From Octopus sinensis (Eukaryota), in NCBI RefSeq assembly GCF_006345805.1, contig NC_043016.1:19902001-19966000 (forward strand): 64,000 nt of DNA, written 5' to 3'. Every line of letters starts with the position of its first letter. Position 1 is the stretch's first letter. Shown one piece after another: positions 47,629 to 58,988 of this stretch. The notes under the pieces are model-generated. The model had not been told where the DNA came from, ran no database searches, and was given only the letters and a program-made list of their open reading frames with translations. Both the position numbers and the translations under genes were made by a program.

Positions 47629-47710
47629 CTCTCAATCGCACTGACGTACAACCTCGTTAAATCATATAGCACTGCTGTGACAGCACCTTATTTTTAATTG
47701 CTCTTCTTTC
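47629..47710 (-). other. Candidate non-coding 5'UTR exon of the beta-adaptin gene
   Basis: attatttgtag| acceptor and GAG|GTAAAT donor; stops in all three frames; locally CpG-retaining and not an obvious repeat. Confidence 0.3.
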
Positions 47711-47796
47711 CTACAAATAATTTCTAAGTTCACAAGCAACAACTAATCAACCTTTTTATCTTTTATTCAGCCCTGTGTGGCCAATAAAGAAAGTTA

Positions 47797-48176
47797 TCTT
47801 TTTACTTGTTTCAGTCATTAGGCTGCAGCCATGCTGGGACACCACCTTGAAGAATCTTTAGTCAACTGAATCAACTCCATTACTAATTTTCTTTCTTTTT
47901 TTTTTTCAACCTGGCATTTATTCTATCAGTTCCTTTTGTCAAACTGCCAAGTTACAGGGATGTAAACACACCAAAACTGGTTGTCAAGTGGTAGTGGGGG
48001 AAACTAACACAGACATGACACATATGGAGTGGTTGGTGTTAGGAAGGGCATCCAGCTGTAGAAACTAAACCAAAATCAAACCGGAGCCTGGTAAAGTTCT
48101 CCAGGTTACTAGTTTCAGTCAACAAACCATCTACCCATGCCAGTATGGAAAATGGATACTAAATGAAGAAGATGAC

Positions 48177-48214
<38 letters not shown>

Positions 48215-48392
48215 CATACATACGTACGATGGTTTTCTTTCCGTTTCTGTTTACCAAATCCACTCACAAGGCTTTGGTTAGTCTAGGGTTATAGTAGAAG
48301 ACACTTGCCTGCCCAAGGTGCCATACAGTGGGACTGAACCTGGAACTATGTGGTTGGGAAGCAAGTTTCATCCAACACAGCCATGTCTGTGC
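47797..48392 (-). mobile_element. SINE family A split by a nested RTE 3' end
   Basis: 3' half 47797-48022 and 5' half 48225-48392, with the RTE tail and (TA)n between. Confidence 0.7.
48024..48175 (+). mobile_element. RTE LINE 3' end nested in a SINE-A microsatellite
   Basis: ggagtggttggtgttaggaagggcatccagctgtag...aaatgaagaagatga lies between the two halves of a minus-strand SINE-A. Confidence 0.75.
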
Positions 48393-48464
48393 CACACACA
48401 CACCATGACTTGTTGAAAAATTCTAACAAAATGAGAGTTGTCTAATGACCACATTTACTTATGC

Positions 48465-48503
<39 letters not shown>

Positions 48504-48859
48504 TGCATGATTCTTAGGTCTCAAGAACAATTTGCAGAAACATAGGTTTGCAATGGCTTCTAATACATGATGAATCCCAGGCAAGCAGCCAAAATAACAA
48601 TGCAGAGGGTAGGCTCATACCACTTGAAACATCAACGCACTTTATGGGTTGGATTCAATAAATTAATCTTATCATATTCAAAAAGTTAACCAATTTGCTA
48701 AGAAATGAGCAAAATTTATTACAAACTTTATTAATTAACCACGATTCAAATGTTTACCAATTGAAACTTATCTTAGGTTATCTGATAAAATATTTATATG
48801 GATAATATTAATGGTGAACTAACTGGATTAATATAAAATTATACAACTATTGAATTTAA

Positions 48860-49081
48860 CCCTTTAGTATTTAAACTAGCCATATCTGGCCTAAATATTC
48901 TACATCTTTTATGTTCAAATTGGGCATATCTGGCCTCTCATATCTCCCCTACCATGTCATTCCAAAAATAAATAATCACATCACTGCAATTTCAAAGCTA
49001 TGAGATAATACATAATTAATTCAAAACAATGTGAATAAATAAGCGTTACATACGAGAGAGAGTAATCCAAATGCTAAACGG
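48860..49081. mobile_element. piggyBac-like MITE, same family, opposite orientation
   Basis: TTAA|ccctttagtatt...aatgctaaacgg|TTAA, 222 bp. Confidence 0.75.
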
Positions 49082-49263
49082 TTAAAGAAAATTAAATTCT
49101 CAAGAATGTGTTCCATTTACAGTTCCACTATTTTGTTTTAATCACAGCTAAAGTCTTACATCTGCTGAATTGTGAAAGCAAAAAAAAGGTTACAGTTTAA
49201 TCTAAATCGGACATGATTGCACAAAACAACAGTAACTGTTTTATCTTTGAGTGTATATGGGTA

Positions 49264-49321
<58 letters not shown>

Positions 49322-50161
49322 GATTTATCTTCAAACATAGAGATGCTGTTAAAACAGAACTATTGGGTAAATTACACTTACAAAGCAGAAAAACTTGTCA
49401 ACACTTTGTAAGGGTAATTTTTCTAATGTTCTAACGCCTTTTCTGCTATTCTAATGGCATTTCTACATTCAAAAATAAATTATCTTATTTGTATCTTACA
49501 ATACACATTTCGATGCTTATAAAAAAAAAACAAATGTTAGCTTGTTTATATCTATATACACATAGTTATATATATATATATATATATATAACTAATATTT
49601 TTGTTGTTTACCCTGGTTAGCCCCAACTGGGCTGACTTATGATCAAAAGTATTTCAGCTGCATCCATTCTGTTTTTTACATTACATGGAATCTACATAAT
49701 CTAGTGATCATTTCTAATTTTTAAGATGGTAGGGTGTAATTTGAGGGAGAGTTGGTAAAAAGACAACATTTAATTTACTAGAGACTATATCTTTTATCTA
49801 ATCAATATTTTAGAACAGAGAGCAAAAAACAATTTGGTAAACACAAACATAGTATGAAACAAAGGGTTCATGCAGATTGTAAATGTGAAAGATTTTCAAG
49901 AGTTATCAGTAGACTTTACATATTTTATATAACCAGGATTTAAATGTGAGCTATTAGTTTCATGTCTCCAAAAATACAAAGGTCAGACAACCTTGTATAG
50001 CATGCCATATATTTCCAAGATAGTATTTTCAGAGGCATGAAACAAATAGTAGTTTGAACTTAAATCCTCTGCATATAAAATGATATTTATCTCTCACTGG
50101 ATGAAGTACTTTCATTTTTCTTTTGTTGATCCCACCAATAACAGAGCAGTACATTTTATAT

Positions 50162-50194
<33 letters not shown>

Positions 50195-51249
50195 CATACA
50201 TACAGTGCCTGTTTTTACTTCTGTGTAATGGCTTCAAGCTGACATCTAAGAAATTTGGGCACAATGATCTTCATTGAGCTTGCAGAGTAGTTGGTTGTGC
50301 AAAACCTTAGTAGAAAAAGCAACAGGCCTGAAGTATACCACACTTCATGTATTGGGCACTTTGGGGTTATACATCATGGGAAAAGATTTGTTTTGCAAGG
50401 TTTCTGATACAGGTGTGGAGGAAAGACAGAAGAAAACACAACTTAAACCAAAAACCAAAGTCTGAATGCTTACAACAGAGTAGAATTAAAATGGAATAAA
50501 AACACCAAAGAGCCAAGTGGTGGTATAAAACTGTGCAACAGAAGATTAAATCCATCATCTATTATATATTTGAATACATCAATTACCATAGCCTTAGAAA
50601 CTTACAGTGCATTTGCAGGTAATAGAATTAGTGAAGAAATCAGTAACATTTGTAAAATATTTTTTCAGATATTAGAAGCTAGCTTGTAATGAGCAACATT
50701 TTGACCAAGTGGAAAGAATTGACCATTTATTTTTGTGCTATTGAAAAAATAAGGTTATGAGGGATTATTCACAGGGAGAAGAATGCTCTAAATAAGCTTG
50801 AAGTTGTTGATTTCACGAAAGATTTTTCCAGTATCTTTTGACTTGTGCGAAGTGACAACCAGGGTGGGTATATGTGTACTACAGGGTTTCCAAATAGTTA
50901 AGTGTTACTATGAGAAATAATCCTCTTACATCATAAACATGGTAAACTGCTGGTTGTACAAACAATGTTCAAAGAAAATTTCCTGCTGAAAATTAACGAG
51001 ATTATTATTATTATTATCATTATTATTATTATTATTATTATTACTGTGTCTATATGAAATGTTTCCACATTTTTTTAAACAATCTTGCACACTCCAAATC
51101 AGAGTTCATTCATTCTCATCACAGCTGTTTAGATTATGTAGTGCAAAACTGCGCTAACACTATCTTTAATCTTATGGGTTAATGAAAAACTTCTTTAGAA
51201 TGTATTCACTAGTTACACTGAAGAAAGTAAAAGTGGAAATGGTGATGTT

Positions 51250-51780
51250 TTGTAAGTATAGGAGCCAGAGTAAGGACAAAGGGAATAATTACCTCTATTA
51301 GCAACAAAGTGTTTTTCTCTCTCTGAGCAAGGTGTAAATGATATGATGTTCATGTGTGAAACATGGGCACTGACTACAGAGTATATGCAATGACTGGAGA
51401 AGAACAAGTCAAGTATGTTCTGATGGACGCACAACATTAATATATATGAATGACAAAGAACTGACAAGCTGAGAGGAAAACTAAGTTTAAGAGGAATTAG
51501 CCTCAGTATGCAAGAAAGATGACAGTGCTGGAATGAGCATGTTATGCATTGGAATGATGCTAGTTGTGTAAAGATGTAACAAGGATTGCAAGTGGAAGGA
51601 ACTGGCTGAAGAAAAAGGCTGAGCAAGACATGGGAAGAAGGGATGAAGGCTGAATGAAAAATTCTGCATGTCATTAAGGAAATAACAAGGACCTAAAAAG
51701 TGATGAGACACTGTGTTGAAGCAAACTTCTTGACCCTATGCCAGCACGAAAATTGAATGTCAAACAGGCATGATGAAAAG
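51250..51780 (+). mobile_element. Decayed RTE LINE RT 3' fragment
   Basis: Degenerate ETWALT...LEKN...GR-P-KTW segments similar to 60000-60400. Confidence 0.65.
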
Positions 51781-51844
51781 ACTTTACATTTAGACTACAA
51801 AATTGATTGTAATAGGTTAGCTTAGTGCCTGAGTATTTTAATGC

Positions 51845-52291
51845 TGTACCCATTTGTAGGCTGTGCCCATTTGTGAGTCTGTGCCCATTAGTGAGTCTGT
51901 GCCCATTAGTGAGTCTGTGCCCATTCGTGAGTCTGTGCCCATTCGTGAGTCTGTGCCCATTCGTGAGTCTGTGCCCATTCGTGAGTCTGTGCCTATTCGT
52001 GAGTCTGTGCCCATTCGTGAGTCTGTGCCCATTCGTGAGTCTGTGCCCATTCGTGAGTCTGTGCCCATTCGTGAGTCTGTGCCCATTCGTGAGTCTGTGC
52101 CCATTCGTGAGTCTGTGCCCATTCGTGAGTCTGTGCCCATTCGTGAGGCTGTGCCCATTCGTGAGGCTGTGCCCATTCGTGAGGCTGTGCCCATTCGTGA
52201 GGCTGTGCCCATTCGTGAGGCTGTGCCCATACGTGAGGCTGTGCCCATACGTGAGGCTGTGCCCATTTGTGAGGCTTGTGCCTATTTGTGA
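51845..52291. repeat. 18-bp minisatellite, 23 core units (ctgtgcccattcgtgagt / ...gagg)
   Basis: Tandem units read directly; core 51861-52274 with degenerate flanking units. Confidence 0.97.
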
Positions 52292-53432
52292 GCTACTTTT
52301 TAATTAGTTGTGTACTGTATGAGAGGTGGGGAGAGAGAGAGCAATTGCATTTTCTTTTAATATGTCATCTCCAATATATTAAATAAGGAAAGAACAGTTA
52401 CTTAGATAAATCTCAAAATGCATGTCGATATTCTTGGCTATCCATTTAAATTCGAATATTGAAATAAACAAAGCAGTGTGGCTAAGAAGTTTGCTTCACA
52501 ACCACATAGTTTGGGCTAAGCCCCACTGCATGGCAGCTTAGGCAGGTGCCTTCTACTACAGCCCTTAGCTGACCAAAGCCTTGTGAGTGGATTTGGTAGA
52601 TGGAAACTGAAAAAAAGCCCTTCACATATTTGTCTTCAATTGAGAGTACCTTGGTGCAACTTCAGCTTGTGGGTATATAATAAATTGATAGTGAATGGAC
52701 AGTAGACATGCAGTATAATCAAGTGGTTCAAGGGAGGGCATGTGATTAAGAAATTTGCATAGTTCTAAGCCAAATTCCTTTGCATAAGACCTCAGGTAAG
52801 GTAACCTATAATAACTCTAAAAATGACCAATGCTTCATAAAATGCTGTACAGACATATGTAGAAACCCATCATATTTATATCATCCTCCTCGTCATAAAT
52901 GTCTGCTTTCTATATTGGCATAGGTAAAATGGTTTAACAGAAAACTGGCAAGATACAGGGCTGTATTGAGCTCCAATGTCATTTTTGGTCTGGTTTCTGC
53001 AGTTGAATGCCCTTCCTAATGCCAACCACTTAACAGTGTACTGTATGCTTTTTTTTTTCATAACACTAGCACTCGTGAAGTTGCCATGCAACTTGCAAGA
53101 CAGACAAGAACAGAAGAGGATATAGAAAGAAGAGGCATTTGGGAGGGAAGGTGGTGGTGGTGGTGGTGGTGTGTGTGTGTGTGTAACACAAACACACCAG
53201 CAAGAGGACTGGCATGTGCTATTTACTTCACTTGAATTTCACAGACTTCCTTATCACTCTCACCACCAGAATGGAAGTGAATTAGTGATTGGCCCTATGA
53301 CGCTATGATGCAAAAAATAAATTATATAAAGTTAAAATTAAAAACGCTGCCAACAACACAATCTGTGCAGCATAATGTGTTAAAATTGTAGATCAATGTG
53401 TCTTTCATAAGAATTCAGTTTACTAATTATAT

Positions 53433-53666
53433 ATTTCTTTATTGCCCACAAAGGGCTAAACGCAGAGGGGACAAACAAGGACAGACAAAGGGATTAAGTT
53501 GATTACATCGACCCCAGTGCATAACTGGTACTTTATTTATCGATCCCGAAAGGATGAAAGGCAAAGCCAACCTCGGCAGAATTTGAACTCAGAACGTAAC
53601 ACCGGACAAAACACCGCTAAGCATTTCGCCCGGCGCGCTAACGTGCCTGCCAGCTCGCCACCTCAA
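53433..53666 (-). mobile_element. SINE family B
   Basis: 14-bp target duplication tttactaattatat (53419-53432 and 53667-53680). Confidence 0.85.
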
Positions 53667-54419
53667 TTTACTAATTATATGCTACATTCAAAGATAACTG
53701 GGATATGTTGATTGTCAGCTGAATAACAGTGAACTAAGCAGAGTGTCTGTGAGCCTAGCTAGGCACCTGTTGGCTGAATGGGACAGCTGTCGACTGTCAA
53801 CCAGATAACAGTCAACTGAAAATAACAAACAGTCAATGGAGTACATTGCAACAGTGAAATGAGGACAACAACAACTGCCAAATGAATATGGCAGCTGACC
53901 ACCAAATCAGACAACTCTCAAGTCTGTCGAGTACAAATGCTACTAAATGAGTACAACAACTGAATACAAAAAAACCACCATCAAAGGAGCATAACAAATA
54001 ATATAGGGTACAATAACAATGAAGTGCGCAACAATGAACTGAGTATAAAAACCGTCAATGGAGTACAACTGTCAAAGAAATGGACTGAACTTTCTAACAG
54101 TGAACTGAACATAGCACTATTAAATTTTGCAAAAACTGAAAATCTGATCTAGCAAATTTACTTTTCGTATAGAGTTAGCCAAAAATGTTTATAGGGGTGT
54201 CCACAGAAAAACTTGAAAAGTTCACATGCCATGAGGAGTGTCGAATTTCTGATCCTTGCCCTTCATCAGACTGAACTTGTGGAACTATCGTGATATGGAT
54301 TATCACCAAAACATACAGATGATACTGATTTGCTTGAATTCTGGAGTTCACTTTGGTAAATATGCAGTTTGTAAAATGATCTGAAGTTGTCATTTCAAGG
54401 TAAAACATTGTCTGGCCCA

Positions 54420-54799
54420 TGGTTTACCATTTAGGAAAATTAATTTGCAACCAAGATTTTCTTTTTACAACACTAGATTCAAAAAAACATTCTGTCTTTC
54501 ATAGGCAAGGATGTATGGCCCTCAAGAAGCCCTGGTCTCAAGCCATTAGATTTTTCTGTTTGGTCCATTTTGGAGATGAGAGTCTCAAGCACTCTTCATG
54601 CTTCACTTGATGCTCTAAAAGCAAAACTACACGAAGAATGGGCTTCAATTCTGCAAGAACAGCAGCATGCCAGTGTGAAACATTCACACCTAGGCTGTGA
54701 TTTGAAACAGAAGTGGACATGTTGAATAAATGTGGTAGTGTCATAATCTGCTTTGGCAAAATTGAAAAAACTTGGTTGCCTTAATTTTGGGACACCCTG
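54420..54799 (+). mobile_element. Tc1/mariner-superfamily transposase 3' remnant with right TIR
   Basis: WPSRSPGLKPLDFSVWSILE (WPPNSPDLNPLDY-like); ends aattttgggacaccctg|TA. Confidence 0.7.
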
Positions 54800-55813
54800 T
54801 ACATGACAAACTCATAATATGAAAAGATAAAGAAGTGCAATGGGATGGTAGTTTAAATTTTCAAAGTAAAAATAATCCATAGAATAAAAGCTAAGTGAGT
54901 ATCAATTGTTAGCATGTACCTGGTTTTTTTGTTAATGGCATTAGGTGACTTTTGTAGTCAACAGCCTTTTGAAACTCCCACTGTTGGCCCAGTGAAACAT
55001 CAATATGAAGTGAGAGAGGACTGCACCAGTAATCAGCTGGTACTTATTTTCAACTGAGTAGGCTGGAATATGGTGAAATGAAGAGCACTGTTTACAGACA
55101 TGTCACCCACTCCAAGAAGCAAACACGTTATATGATTGTAGCCTCAACACAAATCACTAGGCCACATGCCTTCACAATCCACATCTTTTACCTTTTACTT
55201 GTTTCAGTCATTAGAGTGCAGCCATGCTGGAGCACTGCCTTGAATTTTTAGTCAAATGATTTGACCCCAGCCTGATACTTGTTCAGTGGGTCTCTTTTAT
55301 CAAACCGCTAGGTTACAGGGATGCAAACACACCAATACCAGTTGTCAAATAGTGGTGGCAGGGACAAACACAGAAACAATGACACACACACACACGTACG
55401 TACGTACGTATGTATGTATGTATGTATGACTGGATTCTCTCAGTTTCTGCTAACCAAATCCACTCACAAGGTTTTGTTTGGCCTGAGGCTATAGTAGAAA
55501 ACACTTGCTGAATAGGGCTGAACCCAGAACCATGTGATTGGGAAACAAGCTTCTTACCACACAGCCCCCTTTTTTTTTTTTTTTACTATTTACCTCAGCT
55601 TTATAGATGAAGTGCTTAATATTTACATCTATACTACAATTTTTTATCTTTGAAGTCTAGTCATCAGATGTCTTATTCAAGGACATGTACATAGCTTTGT
55701 AGATGCACTGGTGGCTTAGTAAATAAAAGTAAGCTATGTACACATCCAGGAATACACAAATTTGAGGTGAGACTGAACATAGCATAGATGTAGCGATTAA
55801 AAAATATAGCACT

Positions 55814-56218
55814 CGTGCCAGTGGAATGTTGAAAGCACCATCCGAGCATGATTGTTGCCAAGGCGGTTGAATGTCTACCGTGCCGGTGGCACATAAAAAG
55901 CACCATTTGAGTGTGGTTGTTGCCAGTGTCACTTTACTGGCACATGTGCCAGTGACACACGAAAAACAACATTTGAGCAAGATCGTTGCCAGTGCTGCCG
56001 GACTGGCTCCCATGCAGGTAGCACATAAAAAACACACCTTTTGAGCATGGTTGTTGTCAGAATTGCCTGACTGGCCCTCATTCTGGTGGCACGTAAAAGC
56101 ACTCACTACACTCTCAGAGTGGTTGGCATTAGGAAGGGCATCCAGCTTTAGAAACTTTGCCAGATCAGATTGAGCCTGGTGCATGGAAAGTGGATGTTAA
56201 ACGACAACGATGATGATG
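55814..56218 (+). mobile_element. RTE LINE 3' end with expanded ~50-bp sub-repeats
   Basis: Repeated g(c/t)ggcacataaaaagcacc...gagc(a/g)tggttgttgcc units, then the common tail. Confidence 0.8.
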
Positions 56219-56253
56219 TAAATATAAGGTTAATAGTCTGAAAACTAATCTTA

Positions 56254-57146
56254 CAAGATGGAATCAAAAAGTTCTGTAGTGTGTCAACAGATAGCAGCAC
56301 ATTATTATGTGCTCAGTGAGAGCTAACAGTAACCTTTGTGTGACAGTGTGCCGAGTGATATTGCTGTATTTACTTCACAAGCTGTGACATTTGTGTTATT
56401 GTGATCACATGTATGCTGTAGTTTGTGATTTTGTCGTGGATACAAAGTTGGAAGAAAGAGCCAACATGAAATTTTAGGAAGTCTACTACAGAGACATTAA
56501 GCATGCTTCCACAAGCTTGTGGCAATGGGTTGCATGCACGTTTTGAGTGGCACAGACACTTCAAGAGTGGAAGAACATCCCTGGAAAATGACGAGCAATC
56601 TGGAAGACATGCCACGAGCATCACCCCCAGAAATGTTGATATTGTGCTTCGAGAATTTGCCCTCCCCCCAGTGCCAGACTGTCAATCAAGAGTTCTATTG
56701 CAACATTTTGAAGTATTTCTAAGAGGACATTTGGTGAAAGCGACTGGGTCTGTGGAGTTTAAAGAATTGGATTCTTCACAACAACAATGCACCCTGTCAC
56801 AGAGCTTCCCTCATTCATAAGTTTCTCATCAAAAGTGACATGGTATTGCTTCTGCACCTGCCTTATTTGCCAGATTTAGCACCTGCAAATTTCCATCTCT
56901 TCTCCAAGATGAAAATACAGCTCAAAGGTCACCGTTTTAACACTTGTCAAGATCAAGAGCAAATTGCAGAAGTCTTACAGAAAAAGACTTCCAGGCCAGG
57001 ATCCCAAAAGTGGTGAGAATGCTGGGACCAGTGTATTGCTGTGCAAGGTGACTATTTCGAAGGAGATTATGTTAAAACTTAAAGTAAATAAGTTATTTTT
57101 TTTTAATTAAGAATAACTAGTCTGGGAACCTTTTGATACCATCTTG
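56254..57146 (+). mobile_element. Internally deleted, decayed mariner transposon
   Basis: TA-flanked TIRs caagatggaatcaaaaagttc / gaaccttttgataccatcttg; remnants FEWHRHFKSGRTSLENDEQSGR (HTH) and PYLPDLAP (YSPDL-like). Confidence 0.88.
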
Positions 57147-57769
57147 TATAATGACACATCTCACACATTTTGACATTTACAAATTGGAAATCCAAGATAA
57201 AGGACTGTTGATCAGATCTGAATATAAACCTTAACTACATAATGAAGACAAAGATATGTAGTAAAATGTTACTGTAGAATCATCCTATACTTGCCAGCAA
57301 AGAAAACCAGCCATTAAAACAGGTACAATGAAAAACAATTTCAAATATATGTTACTTTTTTTCTTTTTAAATTGTAGCAAATGTTTAGGAAAAAATACAT
57401 TTTAAAAATTTAGATAAACATCAATAGAAGATGTAAAGCTGTAAAACCGTATTCCACCCAATCAAACGTGATTAAGTTGTTAAGAAAGATTTTTAAAATT
57501 ATTCAAGAAAGTACCAGTTGTATGGTGCAGACACAAGATCAAAACATAGAAAATAAGGGACAAGGTTATGTGCCAATATGAAACAATAAAGGTTCATAGG
57601 AAGCAATGGTGATCTGTGATAGACAAGCAGAACAATTAGCACTATACTCCTAGTAAAATTTATTAAGTTTCATCATTTTTAAGTGTTTTGCATATAATTA
57701 GTCTGCTGTTGTATTAGCATATCAAATCTCTATGAAAATGACACAGCTTAAATAAATTGATAATTTTAA

Positions 57770-57993
57770 CCCTTTAGCATTCAAATTATTTTGTCAAGTG
57801 TAATGGGTTTTTTTTTATTTACATTGTTTTGAATTAATCATATATTTTCACATAGTTTTGAAATTTTGATCATGTAATTATTTATTTTTAGGATGACATA
57901 GTAGGGTATGCATAAGAGGCTGGATCTGGTCAGTTTCAATATAAAGTAAGTCGAACATTTGTGATGGATATGGTCAGTTTAAATGCTAAAGGG
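57770..57993. mobile_element. piggyBac-like MITE (TTAA target duplication)
   Basis: TTAA|ccctttagcatt...aatgctaaaggg|TTAA, 224 bp. Confidence 0.8.
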
Positions 57994-58696
57994 TTAATGG
58001 ATGAACTGCATATTAAATTCTTTAAAATGCTTGATTCCTAATTAAAGATAGTTTATATCACATGCTGTCTCTTTGAAACCAATGAAGTCCCTCAACAGGA
58101 TAACTGAAACTGCTTGAAATAGCAACCATATCACATCCTACTTAAATAAGGAAAAAGATACCCCATCACTAAAACCATAAAAAAAAAAACATATGGAGGG
58201 GTCATTGCTGGAATAATGACTGCTTACAGAGTTGACCAGGAACTCACCAACACCACCAAAAGCATAAACAGAAGTATAATTTCATTTTAATATTAATGAA
58301 ATGATAAATCTTTAATAACATTACTGGGTGTACATTATTTTGAGCACTAAATGAACACATTTTTCACTTAACTGTTTCTTCACACTTTAACAAGTCAACG
58401 AGAGATGAATCAATGTGTGAGAAATAGCAACCAAAATTTCTTCCAATCACACCCTACTGTCCTCAAGAGGGAGGAACACTTTTGACAGTGTAGGTCCTGA
58501 ATATAATGTGTCTGAATAAAAATGGGATGGTCACAAATAAAATGCTTTTGATCATAGGGCAGGAGTGGCTGTGTGGTAAGAAGCTTGCTTACCAACCACA
58601 TGGTTCCACGTGGCACCTTGGGCAAGTATCTTCTACTATAGCCTCAGGCTGACCAAACCCATGTGAATGGATTTGGAAGACGGAAACTGAAAGATG

Positions 58697-58793
<97 letters not shown>

Positions 58794-58988
58794 TCCCAAT
58801 TTATATTCGTGTTTGTTATTTTATAATAATTACTGATATCCTTATATATTACTATATTTATAGCTTATATGTTATATGTATGTATATTATTGTAATTATC
58901 AGTTCAGTTTAGTAAATAAAGAAGTTAACATAATATAATGTCTAAAAGTTGATGAACTATCTATTGATCCTCTCCATTTTCTTATTGC

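Noticed and set aside
50601-50680. Minus-strand donor CACT|GTAAGT as another 5'UTR exon
   Set aside because: No convincing acceptor upstream; the signal alone is too weak.
51845-52291. CRISPR-like array
   Set aside because: Units are head-to-tail with no unique spacers, and the context is eukaryotic.
51825-52307. Three overlapping 142-160 aa ORFs (LCPFVS, ESVPIR, MGTDSR repeats)
   Set aside because: Openness follows from a stop-free 18-bp unit; no flanking gene structure was seen.
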